From: a virus
Lineage: Duplodnaviria; Heunggongvirae; Uroviricota; Caudoviricetes
Length of the DNA: 64,000 nucleotides
Direction: 5' to 3' (one strand)
Virus record (IMG/VR): IMGVR_UViG_3300033075_001233
Coordinates: 1-64,000 of that record
The notes under the pieces: model-generated
Seen by the model: only the letters and a program-made list of their open reading frames with translations
The model's database searches: none
Told to the model about the DNA's origin: nothing
Made by a program: the position numbers and the translations under genes
Shown: positions 36,127 through 46,984 of the stretch, piece by piece
Layout: each line of letters starts with the position of its first letter
Numbering within the stretch: position 1 is the first letter of the stretch

Positions 36127-39100
36127 ATGGCAGACCAAGAATCTTCAAATATATCTCCAAATACCAAACAAGCATATATTGGTTTAAACCTAAACTCAGT
36201 GAGTTCCCAAATAAAAAATGGAGAACTCTCTTGGGCATTAAATGCTGTTGTTGAAAATTTCGATGGTAATGAGGTGAGCTATCAAAATGAGCAGGCCAAT
36301 ATATTATGTTCAAATTTTCCTTCTGGATATACAGTGATAGGGAAATTGAATATAATTGAAGATAATATAAAGATATTTTGGCTTGCTAATGAATCTACAG
36401 GACAATCTGAAATCGGTAAAATAGTAGATTGTGAATACTCCACTGTAATAAATCCAGATTGTTTAAATCTTGATGTAAATCATCCTATTCTTAAATCAGT
36501 ATATAGAAAGAATGAATGTGGAGAAATAGAGATTTATTGGGTGGATGGATATAATAGAACCAGATACATAAATTTATCCCAACTTCCATATAAAGTGGAG
36601 GAGGGCACTGTAGTATGTGAAGATGTAATTACTACAGAAATAGATTGTAATAAACTTAATTTACAACCAAATTTCAAAATTCCTCAATTAGATATAATTG
36701 ATGTTAATTCTGATGGTGAGCTTGAAGCAGGTACATATCAATTTGCTGTGCAATATGCAGATGCTGAAGGTAATCCTTATACGTCATTCTATTCTGTTAC
36801 TAATCCTCTTCCTATATTCGATCCTACAAAAATTACCCAAAACTTTAACTACAAAGTGGGTAAATCTATCGTTATAGATATATCAAACATTGATAGAACA
36901 GGATTATATGAATTTATTAATCTCGCAGTGATAAAAACTGTAAATAATATTTCTACTCCTGAACTTGTAGGAACATATGATATAACAAATGGAGAAATAA
37001 AAATAACCTATACAGGTCAAAATAAAACAGGAATTCAATTATCAATGGAAGATATATTTCTGAAATATGAAATATATGACACTGCTGATGATATAACTAC
37101 TGCTCAGGATACTCTTATATTAAAAGGACTTACAACAAACGAGAGAATATCCTATCAATCTATTGCCAACCAAATTAAGCTTTATTGGCAAACTTGGAGA
37201 ATTCCTCAAGATAGGTATAAAGATGAGCTTGTAGCTACATATCTCAAAGGATATATGGGTGATGAGGTATATCCCTATGAAATAGCTTTTCTTATCGAAA
37301 ATGGAGTGGAAACTGATGGTTTTCATATACCGGGAAGAACAGCAATTCCTTCAGATTTAGTACCTGTATCAAACGATGATGTTGTAGATACAGACGCTGA
37401 AGTGTGTGAACCTCAAAATACAACACTTCCTTATTGGCAAGTGTATAATACAGCATCTTTATTAGGATATGAACAAGTATATTTGGATTTCTTAAATGGA
37501 ATCAGATATGCTGATTGTCCTAATCCTAAAGTATGTGGTGTAATTGATATTGATCCCACTGACCCCGCATGTTATTCTGGGCCATTTCAGTATGGTGAAT
37601 TTGCATATTGGGAATCTACAGATACATATCCTTGTAATGATATTTATGGAGAATTATCAGGTAAACCTATAAGATTTCATAAATTTCCTGATAGTACAAT
37701 AGCGCATATACATGACAATCAAGGGTTTATATATCCCAAAGGATTAAAGATTGATGTTAATCAGATAGTACAACTTATTAATAATTCTGATCTTACACCT
37801 GAACAAAAATCTCAAATTAAAGGATTTAAAATACTCAGAGGCAATAGGGCAAATAATAAATCTATTGTTGCCAAAGGATTATTATATAATGTAGGAAAAT
37901 ACAGAAAAGATAATAAAGGATACTACTATCCTAATTATCCATTTAATGATTTAAGGGAAGACCCCTTTATCACTGTAAATTCAAACTATGTTGAACCTAA
38001 TGATAGTAATGGACAATCAGGAACGTCTAATTGTTTTGAATATGAAATATCAACAGCATTAGGTCCAGTTACAGCACAATATACAAATTGTGAGACAGGA
38101 CAAGTAGAATATGTTCCTGTTCAAACAGGGCTTCCTGTAACTATATGTTCTTCTACATTACCATTTTTTACAGCAGGTGGCGTAGGTGTAATTACTCAAA
38201 AGTCATATTGTTCATCAGGAGATGAACCTTCAGATGTAGTGGAAGGTAAAGCTCAACTTAAAGGATTCGAGACAGATGATAGTAAGCAGAGATATACATT
38301 TCATTCACCTGATACACATTTCTACCAACCTTATATAGGTAATATACTAAAGCTCGAAACTGCTGAATATGGAAAAGCGGAAAGTCATTTTACAGAAGTA
38401 AAAAATCACGCAAAATATAAATTTTTATCTGATACTGCTGTTTCAGTGGCACTTCTCACCGCAGTAGGTATAGGTTTTGCATCGAATACATTTGGTGTAA
38501 GTACCAATGTATTTAATGGTACTGCTGCATATACATCATTCCAGATAATGCTTGATATAATGGAAAAACTTATTCCAAATAAGAATTTCACATATCAGCA
38601 AACAGCTCTAGGAGAGTATAAACAATATAAAATTGTACAAAATAATACAGGTAATAAGCAAAGAAAGATTGATTTAGGAGTATATTTACAGCCCGGAATG
38701 GTAAATATTGGTGATGAAAATACAATTAATAATTACCAAAGAGAATCATCTGTATATTTAAGAACAACAAAAACGCTCCCTTATGTATCTGATGTACCGG
38801 GAGTAGCTGAGGATAATACAAGGTACACCTTATCGCAAGTGGATAAATGTTCATCTCCTTCTGATATTTCAGAGGTAGATATATCTGCATATTATAGCTC
38901 AATAAAGAAGAATATACCTAATCAATATGGTCAATTATATTCATATGAAACAATAGATACAGGATTTCAATTTACACTTGATCTGACACAAAGCTATCCT
39001 AATGGATGGTATTCAGTATTTGGAGGTGATGTATTTATTAACAGATTTGCATTAAAGCGTAAATATCCTTTCTTTATTGATAATAGGGTGAGTCCAGAAA

Positions 39101-40899
39101 GAACAAATATGTTTCCAAATAACAGTGATGTTTTCTATAATTTTCTTGGAAATGTAGGTTATCCTAAATATTGGTTTAGTACAGACATTAGGCGTGGTAG
39201 TTTCTTTGGTTTATTTGGTGTAAAAGATACAGCCTTTGATTGTAAAGAAAATAAGTTTTTCTACGATTCAGGTAAAATTTATCTTTTTTCCTATGGTATT
39301 CCATATTATTTTTGTGAATCAGAAGTAAATGTAGATTTAAGACAAGCATATAACGATAAAGAGGGAGATTTCTTCCCTAGGGTGTCATCTGATATTCCTG
39401 ATGATTGGTTGCAAGAGACATATGTTACGATTAAGAATGATAATACTTATTACTACAACAAAACATATTCAAAACAAAATAAAGAAAATTATTTTTCACA
39501 CCTACCGAATAGCTGGACAGGAGACGAATGTACTACAAATTATCCGTATAGGGCTATATTTTCTGAGCAGATAAGTGATAATAAAAGAAGTTTGAATAAG
39601 AGTGCTTGGAAGATATTTAAACCTTCTGCTAGATTTGATTTTCCTCAGAATTATGGAAAACTCATATCTCTGGATGGTATTGAAAATAGACAGGTGCTTG
39701 CAAGATTTGAGCAAAAAAGCCTGCTTTATAATGCAATGCTTACTGCCCCCACCTCTGCTGCAAATGTATATTTAGGCCAAAGCTTATTCAATCAGCAGGT
39801 TCCCCCTCTTGATTATGCAGATGTTGATCTTGGATATATGGGTAGCCAGCATAAGTTCCTACTTAAAACAGAGTATGGACATGTTAGCGCAGATGCTAAA
39901 CGAGGTCAGATATTCCTTATAAATGGTCAACAAACAAAGGATATTACAAATAATAATGCATCAAAATTCTTTACAGAATTCTTAGATTTCCAAATAAAGA
40001 AGAGTTTCCCAGATATAGATATAGATAATCACTTCAAAGGAATAGGACTACATGGTGTATTTGATAGTAAATATAATAGATTAATAATCACTAAGTTAGA
40101 TTATAAACCTATAAAAGGAGTCACTTATGAAAATGGAGTATTTAAATATGGCGGAGTAGAGGTACAACTAACAGATACAGATTATTTCTGTAATTATTCA
40201 TTTACAGCTAGTTATGATTTCGATAATCAGGCATGGATAAGTTTACATACATATATTCCAAATTACTATGTAGGTGACGCTAATTACTTCTATTCTGGGA
40301 TTAATGGTGCTATAAGTAGTATATGGGAACATAATACAGCAATAAATAAATTTAATAATTTCTACGGTGAGATTCATCCATATATAATTGAATATCCTTA
40401 TGCATATGGTCCAAACGATCAGATATTACAGAACATAAAGGATTACTCCAGAGTATATCAATACACGGATTTTCGTGAATTTGTAGAAACAGATGACTAT
40501 TATTTTAATAAATTGATCGCTTATTCTACACAACAATGTAGTGGGATATTGAATTTATTCAAAAAACCAGCTAATAATTTAAAAGAATATAGCACATATC
40601 CTAAATATAACACTGATAGTAAAGACATTACATTTACAAAATCGAATAGTTTCTATCAGATTAATACATTCTGGGATATGGTGAAATCTGTTAAATCACC
40701 AATATGGACAAAATCTTGTGAAAACATATCCATATATAAAGAACTGAATCAATCTAATTTAGACTATTCTAAACGTAGCTTTAAAAAAGCCCCACTTAGA
40801 AGTAAAGAATTGAAACTCAGATTGATATTAGATAATAGAGATGATATAAAAATCATATCATCATTCATAATTTCTCCAACAATGCAATCTTATAAATAA
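36127..40899 (+). CDS. large virion structural protein, 1590 aa (tail or vertex-associated, putative)
   Basis: Very large ORF in the structural module, upstream of the lytic-transglycosylase protein. No diagnostic motif. Confidence 0.55.
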   Translation: MADQESSNISPNTKQAYIGLNLNSVSSQIKNGELSWALNAVVENFDGNEVSYQNEQANILCSNFPSGYTVIGKLNIIEDNIKIFWLANESTGQSEIGKIVDCEYSTVINPDCLNLDVNHPILKSVYRKNECGEIEIYWVDGYNRTRYINLSQLPYKVEEGTVVCEDVITTEIDCNKLNLQPNFKIPQLDIIDVNSDGELEAGTYQFAVQYADAEGNPYTSFYSVTNPLPIFDPTKITQNFNYKVGKSIVIDISNIDRTGLYEFINLAVIKTVNNISTPELVGTYDITNGEIKITYTGQNKTGIQLSMEDIFLKYEIYDTADDITTAQDTLILKGLTTNERISYQSIANQIKLYWQTWRIPQDRYKDELVATYLKGYMGDEVYPYEIAFLIENGVETDGFHIPGRTAIPSDLVPVSNDDVVDTDAEVCEPQNTTLPYWQVYNTASLLGYEQVYLDFLNGIRYADCPNPKVCGVIDIDPTDPACYSGPFQYGEFAYWESTDTYPCNDIYGELSGKPIRFHKFPDSTIAHIHDNQGFIYPKGLKIDVNQIVQLINNSDLTPEQKSQIKGFKILRGNRANNKSIVAKGLLYNVGKYRKDNKGYYYPNYPFNDLREDPFITVNSNYVEPNDSNGQSGTSNCFEYEISTALGPVTAQYTNCETGQVEYVPVQTGLPVTICSSTLPFFTAGGVGVITQKSYCSSGDEPSDVVEGKAQLKGFETDDSKQRYTFHSPDTHFYQPYIGNILKLETAEYGKAESHFTEVKNHAKYKFLSDTAVSVALLTAVGIGFASNTFGVSTNVFNGTAAYTSFQIMLDIMEKLIPNKNFTYQQTALGEYKQYKIVQNNTGNKQRKIDLGVYLQPGMVNIGDENTINNYQRESSVYLRTTKTLPYVSDVPGVAEDNTRYTLSQVDKCSSPSDISEVDISAYYSSIKKNIPNQYGQLYSYETIDTGFQFTLDLTQSYPNGWYSVFGGDVFINRFALKRKYPFFIDNRVSPERTNMFPNNSDVFYNFLGNVGYPKYWFSTDIRRGSFFGLFGVKDTAFDCKENKFFYDSGKIYLFSYGIPYYFCESEVNVDLRQAYNDKEGDFFPRVSSDIPDDWLQETYVTIKNDNTYYYNKTYSKQNKENYFSHLPNSWTGDECTTNYPYRAIFSEQISDNKRSLNKSAWKIFKPSARFDFPQNYGKLISLDGIENRQVLARFEQKSLLYNAMLTAPTSAANVYLGQSLFNQQVPPLDYADVDLGYMGSQHKFLLKTEYGHVSADAKRGQIFLINGQQTKDITNNNASKFFTEFLDFQIKKSFPDIDIDNHFKGIGLHGVFDSKYNRLIITKLDYKPIKGVTYENGVFKYGGVEVQLTDTDYFCNYSFTASYDFDNQAWISLHTYIPNYYVGDANYFYSGINGAISSIWEHNTAINKFNNFYGEIHPYIIEYPYAYGPNDQILQNIKDYSRVYQYTDFREFVETDDYYFNKLIAYSTQQCSGILNLFKKPANNLKEYSTYPKYNTDSKDITFTKSNSFYQINTFWDMVKSVKSPIWTKSCENISIYKELNQSNLDYSKRSFKKAPLRSKELKLRLILDNRDDIKIISSFIISPTMQSYK

Positions 40900-43800
40900 T
40901 GGCAAAAAAGTACAAATCTAAAAAATTAAAGAAAGTTCAACAGGGTGATACATTACCAATGAAGTTTGCAGACACGCAAGCAGTCGATCCTGATTCCATG
41001 TCAGAGATGATTGATGAAATATCTATATCAAAGCTTCCTAAAATACCTCTTAACCCAAGAGTAAAAAAGGTAAGTAATGATCTTAGACCCCAAGGAATGT
41101 TGAAACCTATAGATTTAAATAGTAAGATTGCAGCTATCGGTGAAGGTAGAGATTTATCTCATCCTACAGCACTTGCTACCCCTAAGAATAAAAAACCTTT
41201 AAACTGGTCAAATATTGCTACCACCACACTTGCTGCTGTAGATATGTTAATTCCTGAAGAACGCCCGGAATGGCCAGTGGTACAACCTACTAATTCCTAT
41301 AATCAATATCAATATGGTACTGGTTCTCAGGCAATTGCAAAACATGGTGTTACTATATCCAAAACAGGATATAGCAAGAATTCAAAGGATAAGAATAAAT
41401 CAAAACTCAGAATTCCTTCCAATAACATAACAATGGAGGATGTAGAGTTTCCTATTCTCGGAAAAGGATCAGATGGCACAACCGTGGTTATGCAACCCGG
41501 AGAAAATTATATATTCCCCAATGCTGAATATGTAGACGAAACTCCTGTAATGCAACAAGGGGGTAATGTAAAAAAACCACAAACAAAAATAGTTTATACA
41601 GATTCTAAGTTTGTTAAACTGACTCCCCCTAAAAAGAAACAGCAAGAACCTCTAAAAAAGGAACCTATCATAGTCGATGATAAGAATGACCCTAGATTAA
41701 GAGCTTATAATGATAGTCTATTAATATCTGGTAATAAAATACCTCCAGAAGTAAAAAAATACAACTTAAATTATAAAGGTGTAGATAAAACTCAAAATGT
41801 AAACAATTATAAATCTAAAAATGGAATTGCACCAATGTATGTAAATCATTGGAGTAAACAAATGTCTCAAAATGTAAATGATGATTTAATAGATGTATGG
41901 AGTGGTGTTTATAAAAAACCAGTACAACCAGTAATATATCAGGAAGAAAAGAAATTGGAAAAACCAAGTGCTATTCCAAGACAAGCTCTTGATTTTAGTA
42001 CGGGAAACAGACCTCAAGTAGGACAACAAAATCTTCCTCAACCTTATGAGTGGGATAATACCAAACCTACTAAGTATTCATTCAGCTATCCTACAGGAAA
42101 ATATAATGAACAGAAAACTGTATATTTTCCAGATGCAGGAACATGGAAACAATTTATTGGTAGTCAGAAGCTTATAAACTCTGATGAAGGTCAAGGTTAT
42201 GGTACTGCTACAGGATATATGCAAAAAGGAGGAAAAATGACAGCAAATAAAGGATTAAGTATAGAAGATAATAAATTCACACCCATCTCAGATAAGACGT
42301 TAATGATTAATGGGAATAGCCATGAAGATGGTGGAACTTTCGTACAATATGGTGATAATGTGGTAGAAGCCGAAAAAGGTGAACCTCTTTCTATAAATAT
42401 GAAAGGAGAAGCTGTAATATTTGGAAATATGAAGAACCCTATCACTGGTAACAAATTTAAAAAAGATGCTGAAATGATAGCAAAAAAAGAAAAAAAAGTA
42501 GGAAAATTGATGGATTATTCGACATCAATTGTAAATAATGTTGATCCATTCGACAAATGGGGTTCTTTAAAATTCAATGCTGCTAAGATGATGATGATGG
42601 GGGCAAAGAAAAAAGAGAAAGAATTAATGTCAGCCAAAGAACATCTCGGTGATTTACAGGATGCTCTCTTGTCTATTAATGAAGAACAGACTATAGCTAG
42701 GAATGGTAAAACAATTAAAGCTCAAGACGGGTCTATATTAGAAGCAAGACGACATAGATCAAAATCTAATAAACAAACTAATATATATACAACTATTGCA
42801 AATATACCTGAAATTAAAAATTTATCAGAATCAGATAAAGAAATATTACTTACTTCTCTTGATTTTAATTATGATTTCTTTAATGATGGCACAAATGCCA
42901 AAGGCGATGGTGAAAATCTTACATTTAGAAATAAGAAATTAATTAACCCTAGTAAAATGAATCCACAATTATTAAAAGTATATAATAAAGCAGCAGCTAT
43001 TGCAGATAAACATTATGGTATTCATACTGATCCGTATGAAATAAAATCTGAAAAACAATCTACTTTTGATTTCTATAATACCGATGCAAAAAAACTTGAT
43101 CCTGATAAATTTCTGTCTGCTATTTATTCAAATGAAGGTGGTGAAACAGGAGTAAATCCTCCAATTAAAGGAAATGCATCTGGTAAGTATGCATTAATGC
43201 CTGCTACTCAACAGGATATGTATAATAAATATTATAAATCCAAAATGAGTTGGGATGCATTTAAAAAGAGTTATGATACAGATGCTACATTTGAATATGA
43301 AGTAGCTAAAGCATTAGCCATTGAAAAAATAAATCAATATAAAACAGCAGCGGAGGCAATCGGTAGTTGGTATAATCCTAAATCAGTAAAAGATAAAAAG
43401 TGGGATGAAGTTCCTTTTCCTGAATATGGAAATAAAATATCAATTAGGCAGTATGTAGACAAAGCTGCTAATAATTATTTCAATGGTAAAAATTCTGCTA
43501 GTCCGACTAGTATATATAAATCGGAGCCAGCTAAAGTAAGTAAGTCAGAGATAAGACCCACTAATCTTCAAGATGTACAATTTTCAAAATTTCAACAATC
43601 TCCTATAAAATCTGAAAATAATAGGCAAGTCGGTGATTATCAATATAACTGGAATTTAGAAACTCCTAAAGATATTCCTGTTGAGTCAGATGCAAAAGGT
43701 CTTGATTTTCAACAAGTTATGGGTGAAGTGTATGCAGGTGCTACAAACAGAGAAGACCCCGTATGGCTTCAACAATACAATCCTGAATTATTCCAAGACT

Positions 43801-44444
43801 ATGAAATGAGTCTTCAGGATAGACGTAATAGAATAACTTCACAAGGAAGAGCTTCTCGTCAATATTTATCAGACAATGCAGGTGCTCAAGCTGTATTAGC
43901 TGCTGAAGAATACAATGCAATTGGTGGTGTAGATGCCGAAGAGTTCAGAATTAATCAACAAATATCTAATGATATTGTAAATAAAAACAAAGCTTTGTTA
44001 AATGAAGCTCAAGGCAAGAATTTACAACTTGCTGATCAACAATATGTTAGACAATCTACAGCTAGAAGTAAAACAAAAGCTACAAATCAAGCTATTTTGA
44101 ATTCTGTATCCTCCAAACTTCTTCAGAATAAACTTGAAAATTCAATACTTCAGGTGTATGAAAATCTATATCCTCATTTTAGATATAATGATCAATATCA
44201 ACTGAAGAAAGAAGGTAATCCCGGTCAGGACTATCTTAATACTGCTGGTCTTCAACCCTTATCTACTAATACAAATACAGCAGTAAAAACTAAAAGAGAT
44301 GCTTCTGGTACAGTGTTATCCATTGAAGAAAACAATCCCGGATGGCTTAAAACCCAGAAGGATATGGAAGAACTTACTAGATATAAAAACAGATCAATTT
44401 CACAAATTTTAAATTCCAAGAAAGCTAACCTCTGGGAAAAATAA
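40899..44444 (+). CDS. internal virion or ejection protein with SLT lytic-transglycosylase domain, 1181 aa
   Basis: SNEGGETGVNPPIKGNASGKYALMPATQ aligns to the Slt catalytic region ESAFNPMARSPVGASGLMQIMPGTA, and ...AIGSWYNP aligns to the AYNAG motif. TAATG overlap with the upstream gene. Confidence 0.65.
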   Translation: MAKKYKSKKLKKVQQGDTLPMKFADTQAVDPDSMSEMIDEISISKLPKIPLNPRVKKVSNDLRPQGMLKPIDLNSKIAAIGEGRDLSHPTALATPKNKKPLNWSNIATTTLAAVDMLIPEERPEWPVVQPTNSYNQYQYGTGSQAIAKHGVTISKTGYSKNSKDKNKSKLRIPSNNITMEDVEFPILGKGSDGTTVVMQPGENYIFPNAEYVDETPVMQQGGNVKKPQTKIVYTDSKFVKLTPPKKKQQEPLKKEPIIVDDKNDPRLRAYNDSLLISGNKIPPEVKKYNLNYKGVDKTQNVNNYKSKNGIAPMYVNHWSKQMSQNVNDDLIDVWSGVYKKPVQPVIYQEEKKLEKPSAIPRQALDFSTGNRPQVGQQNLPQPYEWDNTKPTKYSFSYPTGKYNEQKTVYFPDAGTWKQFIGSQKLINSDEGQGYGTATGYMQKGGKMTANKGLSIEDNKFTPISDKTLMINGNSHEDGGTFVQYGDNVVEAEKGEPLSINMKGEAVIFGNMKNPITGNKFKKDAEMIAKKEKKVGKLMDYSTSIVNNVDPFDKWGSLKFNAAKMMMMGAKKKEKELMSAKEHLGDLQDALLSINEEQTIARNGKTIKAQDGSILEARRHRSKSNKQTNIYTTIANIPEIKNLSESDKEILLTSLDFNYDFFNDGTNAKGDGENLTFRNKKLINPSKMNPQLLKVYNKAAAIADKHYGIHTDPYEIKSEKQSTFDFYNTDAKKLDPDKFLSAIYSNEGGETGVNPPIKGNASGKYALMPATQQDMYNKYYKSKMSWDAFKKSYDTDATFEYEVAKALAIEKINQYKTAAEAIGSWYNPKSVKDKKWDEVPFPEYGNKISIRQYVDKAANNYFNGKNSASPTSIYKSEPAKVSKSEIRPTNLQDVQFSKFQQSPIKSENNRQVGDYQYNWNLETPKDIPVESDAKGLDFQQVMGEVYAGATNREDPVWLQQYNPELFQDYEMSLQDRRNRITSQGRASRQYLSDNAGAQAVLAAEEYNAIGGVDAEEFRINQQISNDIVNKNKALLNEAQGKNLQLADQQYVRQSTARSKTKATNQAILNSVSSKLLQNKLENSILQVYENLYPHFRYNDQYQLKKEGNPGQDYLNTAGLQPLSTNTNTAVKTKRDASGTVLSIEENNPGWLKTQKDMEELTRYKNRSISQILNSKKANLWEK

Positions 44445-44497
44445 ATTTGGAAATCTCATAATCATTTCATAAATTTGCAACACTCAAAATATTAATA

Positions 44498-46984
44498 ATG
44501 AGTTCATTTACAGACGAAATACCTCAATTTACACCATATGTTCAACAACAACCCATAGATGCTATGGCAAGGGTTGGTATGCAAAGGGAGGCTGAATTTG
44601 AGAAAGGTATTCAGACAGTTCAAGGATACTACGATGCATTGTTAAATCTCCCTATAGCTAAAGGTGTCACTCAGGAATATGTAAAATCCAAAGTGGGACA
44701 ATTAAATAATGCTGTAAAGCAGAGCGTTTCTGGAGATTTCTCAGATCATAGGCTTATTAATCAGATTGGTGGGCTTGCCTCACAAATATCTAATGACCCC
44801 ATTGTAGAAAATGGAATACAATCTACAGCTAGAATTCAAGCAGGAATGACCAAAATGAAGGCTGATCAGGAAAGAGCGTTGAAAGAAGGTAAAAATCCTA
44901 TACAGAACATAGAGTGGTATAATAACAAAGTGAACGAGTTCCTTGGAGATAATGACGTAAAGACCTCATTCTCAACAGATTATACACCATATGTAGATAA
45001 GCAGGAAAGGTTTCAGAAAATACTGAAAGATGTACATCCTGATGCTATCCTTACACAAGGAGATATGAATGCTCTTTCAAGGATACAAAATGGAGAATCT
45101 GTACCTAATGAAATTCTCCAAGAATTGGGTAAAAAAGGTATAGATGCTGGTAAGATACAGAATATCATTAACTTAGTGGAGGCCCAACCTGATGTCCAAC
45201 AACAAAATAGGATAGATGGTTGGTATAGATTTAGAGGATTAGATGCTACCCAAATGGGTGAATATCTTACAAAATCTACAAATTCATATATCAAAATGTA
45301 TGAAGATGCTATTACTAATCTTGGTTTGCAGAAAGCAACAGATGCGTCTGTAAATCCTGCTGATATTGACAAATCCATAAAACTCTATAAAGAACAATAC
45401 ACTAAACTTGTAGAAAAATATAACGCTACAATTGGTAAATTGGAGAAAGACCCAGAGGGAGTAAAAGCCGATCTGGTCACTGAAGAATTTGCAAATGATA
45501 TTATAGGTGCTTTTTCTTATAGCGAAACAGAATCCAAATGGATAGAAAATCCTCTTTGGAATCAAATGGATAAAGAGAGAAAATATCAATTAGATTTATA
45601 CAAACAGAAATATCAGGAAACAAAAGATAAAGAAGCCACTGAACCAATTGCTGTAGAAGGATATGTAAATGAGGATCAGGGAAAAGCTGGTGAAGGAACA
45701 ATGTTAGAAATGCAAAGTACTACACAAGCTAAATACAATGCTTTACATAGTAGATTTTCAAATTCTATAGCAGCATCTATAGGTATGAAAGAACCATTTA
45801 AAGAAGTAGATGGTCAATGGGTATATAATGTTGGATCAGGGGGCTATGCCTCACAAAAAGAAGCAATGGATGCAGTATCTAAAGTGATGCAATCCGTGGA
45901 ACAAGCTAAAACAACAGGTATTCCTCAAGCTCAAACCGCAGATTATATTAAATATGTTCTTCCTGTAGCAGATGAACTCGATCAGATAAATCAAACTATT
46001 ATTTCTTTAAATAATAAGTTTAAACCTCAAATAGAGAAAATAATTGAAAAGATTGGAGATGAGGATTTGGCCGCATACTACATTGTAAAAAATCAATTAC
46101 CGGGATGGCAAGCATATGAAAAAAAATTACAAGTAAAGTATAATGTTAATGATTATTCATATTTTCATAAAATGGGATTAAACACCCCAGAAGGAGCAGA
46201 AAGGTATGCAAAAGCATACAGAGCAGTTAATCCTGATATTTTATCTGTATTAGCTGCAAAAGAAAAAGCATTTAAAGATGTACAATCTACATTTGTAAAT
46301 AAATCGTTTTCTCTTCCATCTAATGAACCTAAATTAGCTAAACAAAATGCTACTTTATTCTCTACAATTTTAGGGGTTTATACAGATGCGTCACAATCAG
46401 CAGGTGATAAAACAGATTACGGAGAATTACAAGCATGGCTTGCTGATAAAGATGTTGATAAAAATCAGTATGAATTCAGATATGACAATAATAAAAAACA
46501 AGGATATATAGGTATTCGTAGAGGTAATAAATTTAGAGAAGTAAGCATTAAAGATAGTCACTATATGTCTATTCCCGGAGCAAATATAAATAATGAATTT
46601 TGGAGTAGATATGGTAGTAGATTACAAGTAAGTGGAGATAAGACTACTGGAACATTTGATTTCTCAAAGCCTGAAACTACGGACGTAAGGCAAACAGGTA
46701 TATCATCAGCTCTACCTGTAAAGTCTAGGACTATGAATAACAAATATATAGTGAAACATCATCTTGAAAAAAGTATAGATGATAAATACTATATAAAAGT
46801 ATGGATACAAGAGAAAACGCCTAGCGGTTTAAAACTTGTAACTTCTCCAGAAGGACAATATTTTGATCCAATTGGTGAAGGTAGCTATAACCGAGCACAA
46901 ATTTTGAAAACAATAGACGATGTTTTATCAGATGACCAATCTGTATTAGGATATTTAAAACAATTAAATCCGAATTATAAGTAA
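44498..46984 (+). CDS. hypothetical virion or cargo protein, 828 aa
   Basis: Large ORF between the SLT protein and the giant ORF. Confidence 0.5.
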   Translation: MSSFTDEIPQFTPYVQQQPIDAMARVGMQREAEFEKGIQTVQGYYDALLNLPIAKGVTQEYVKSKVGQLNNAVKQSVSGDFSDHRLINQIGGLASQISNDPIVENGIQSTARIQAGMTKMKADQERALKEGKNPIQNIEWYNNKVNEFLGDNDVKTSFSTDYTPYVDKQERFQKILKDVHPDAILTQGDMNALSRIQNGESVPNEILQELGKKGIDAGKIQNIINLVEAQPDVQQQNRIDGWYRFRGLDATQMGEYLTKSTNSYIKMYEDAITNLGLQKATDASVNPADIDKSIKLYKEQYTKLVEKYNATIGKLEKDPEGVKADLVTEEFANDIIGAFSYSETESKWIENPLWNQMDKERKYQLDLYKQKYQETKDKEATEPIAVEGYVNEDQGKAGEGTMLEMQSTTQAKYNALHSRFSNSIAASIGMKEPFKEVDGQWVYNVGSGGYASQKEAMDAVSKVMQSVEQAKTTGIPQAQTADYIKYVLPVADELDQINQTIISLNNKFKPQIEKIIEKIGDEDLAAYYIVKNQLPGWQAYEKKLQVKYNVNDYSYFHKMGLNTPEGAERYAKAYRAVNPDILSVLAAKEKAFKDVQSTFVNKSFSLPSNEPKLAKQNATLFSTILGVYTDASQSAGDKTDYGELQAWLADKDVDKNQYEFRYDNNKKQGYIGIRRGNKFREVSIKDSHYMSIPGANINNEFWSRYGSRLQVSGDKTTGTFDFSKPETTDVRQTGISSALPVKSRTMNNKYIVKHHLEKSIDDKYYIKVWIQEKTPSGLKLVTSPEGQYFDPIGEGSYNRAQILKTIDDVLSDDQSVLGYLKQLNPNYK

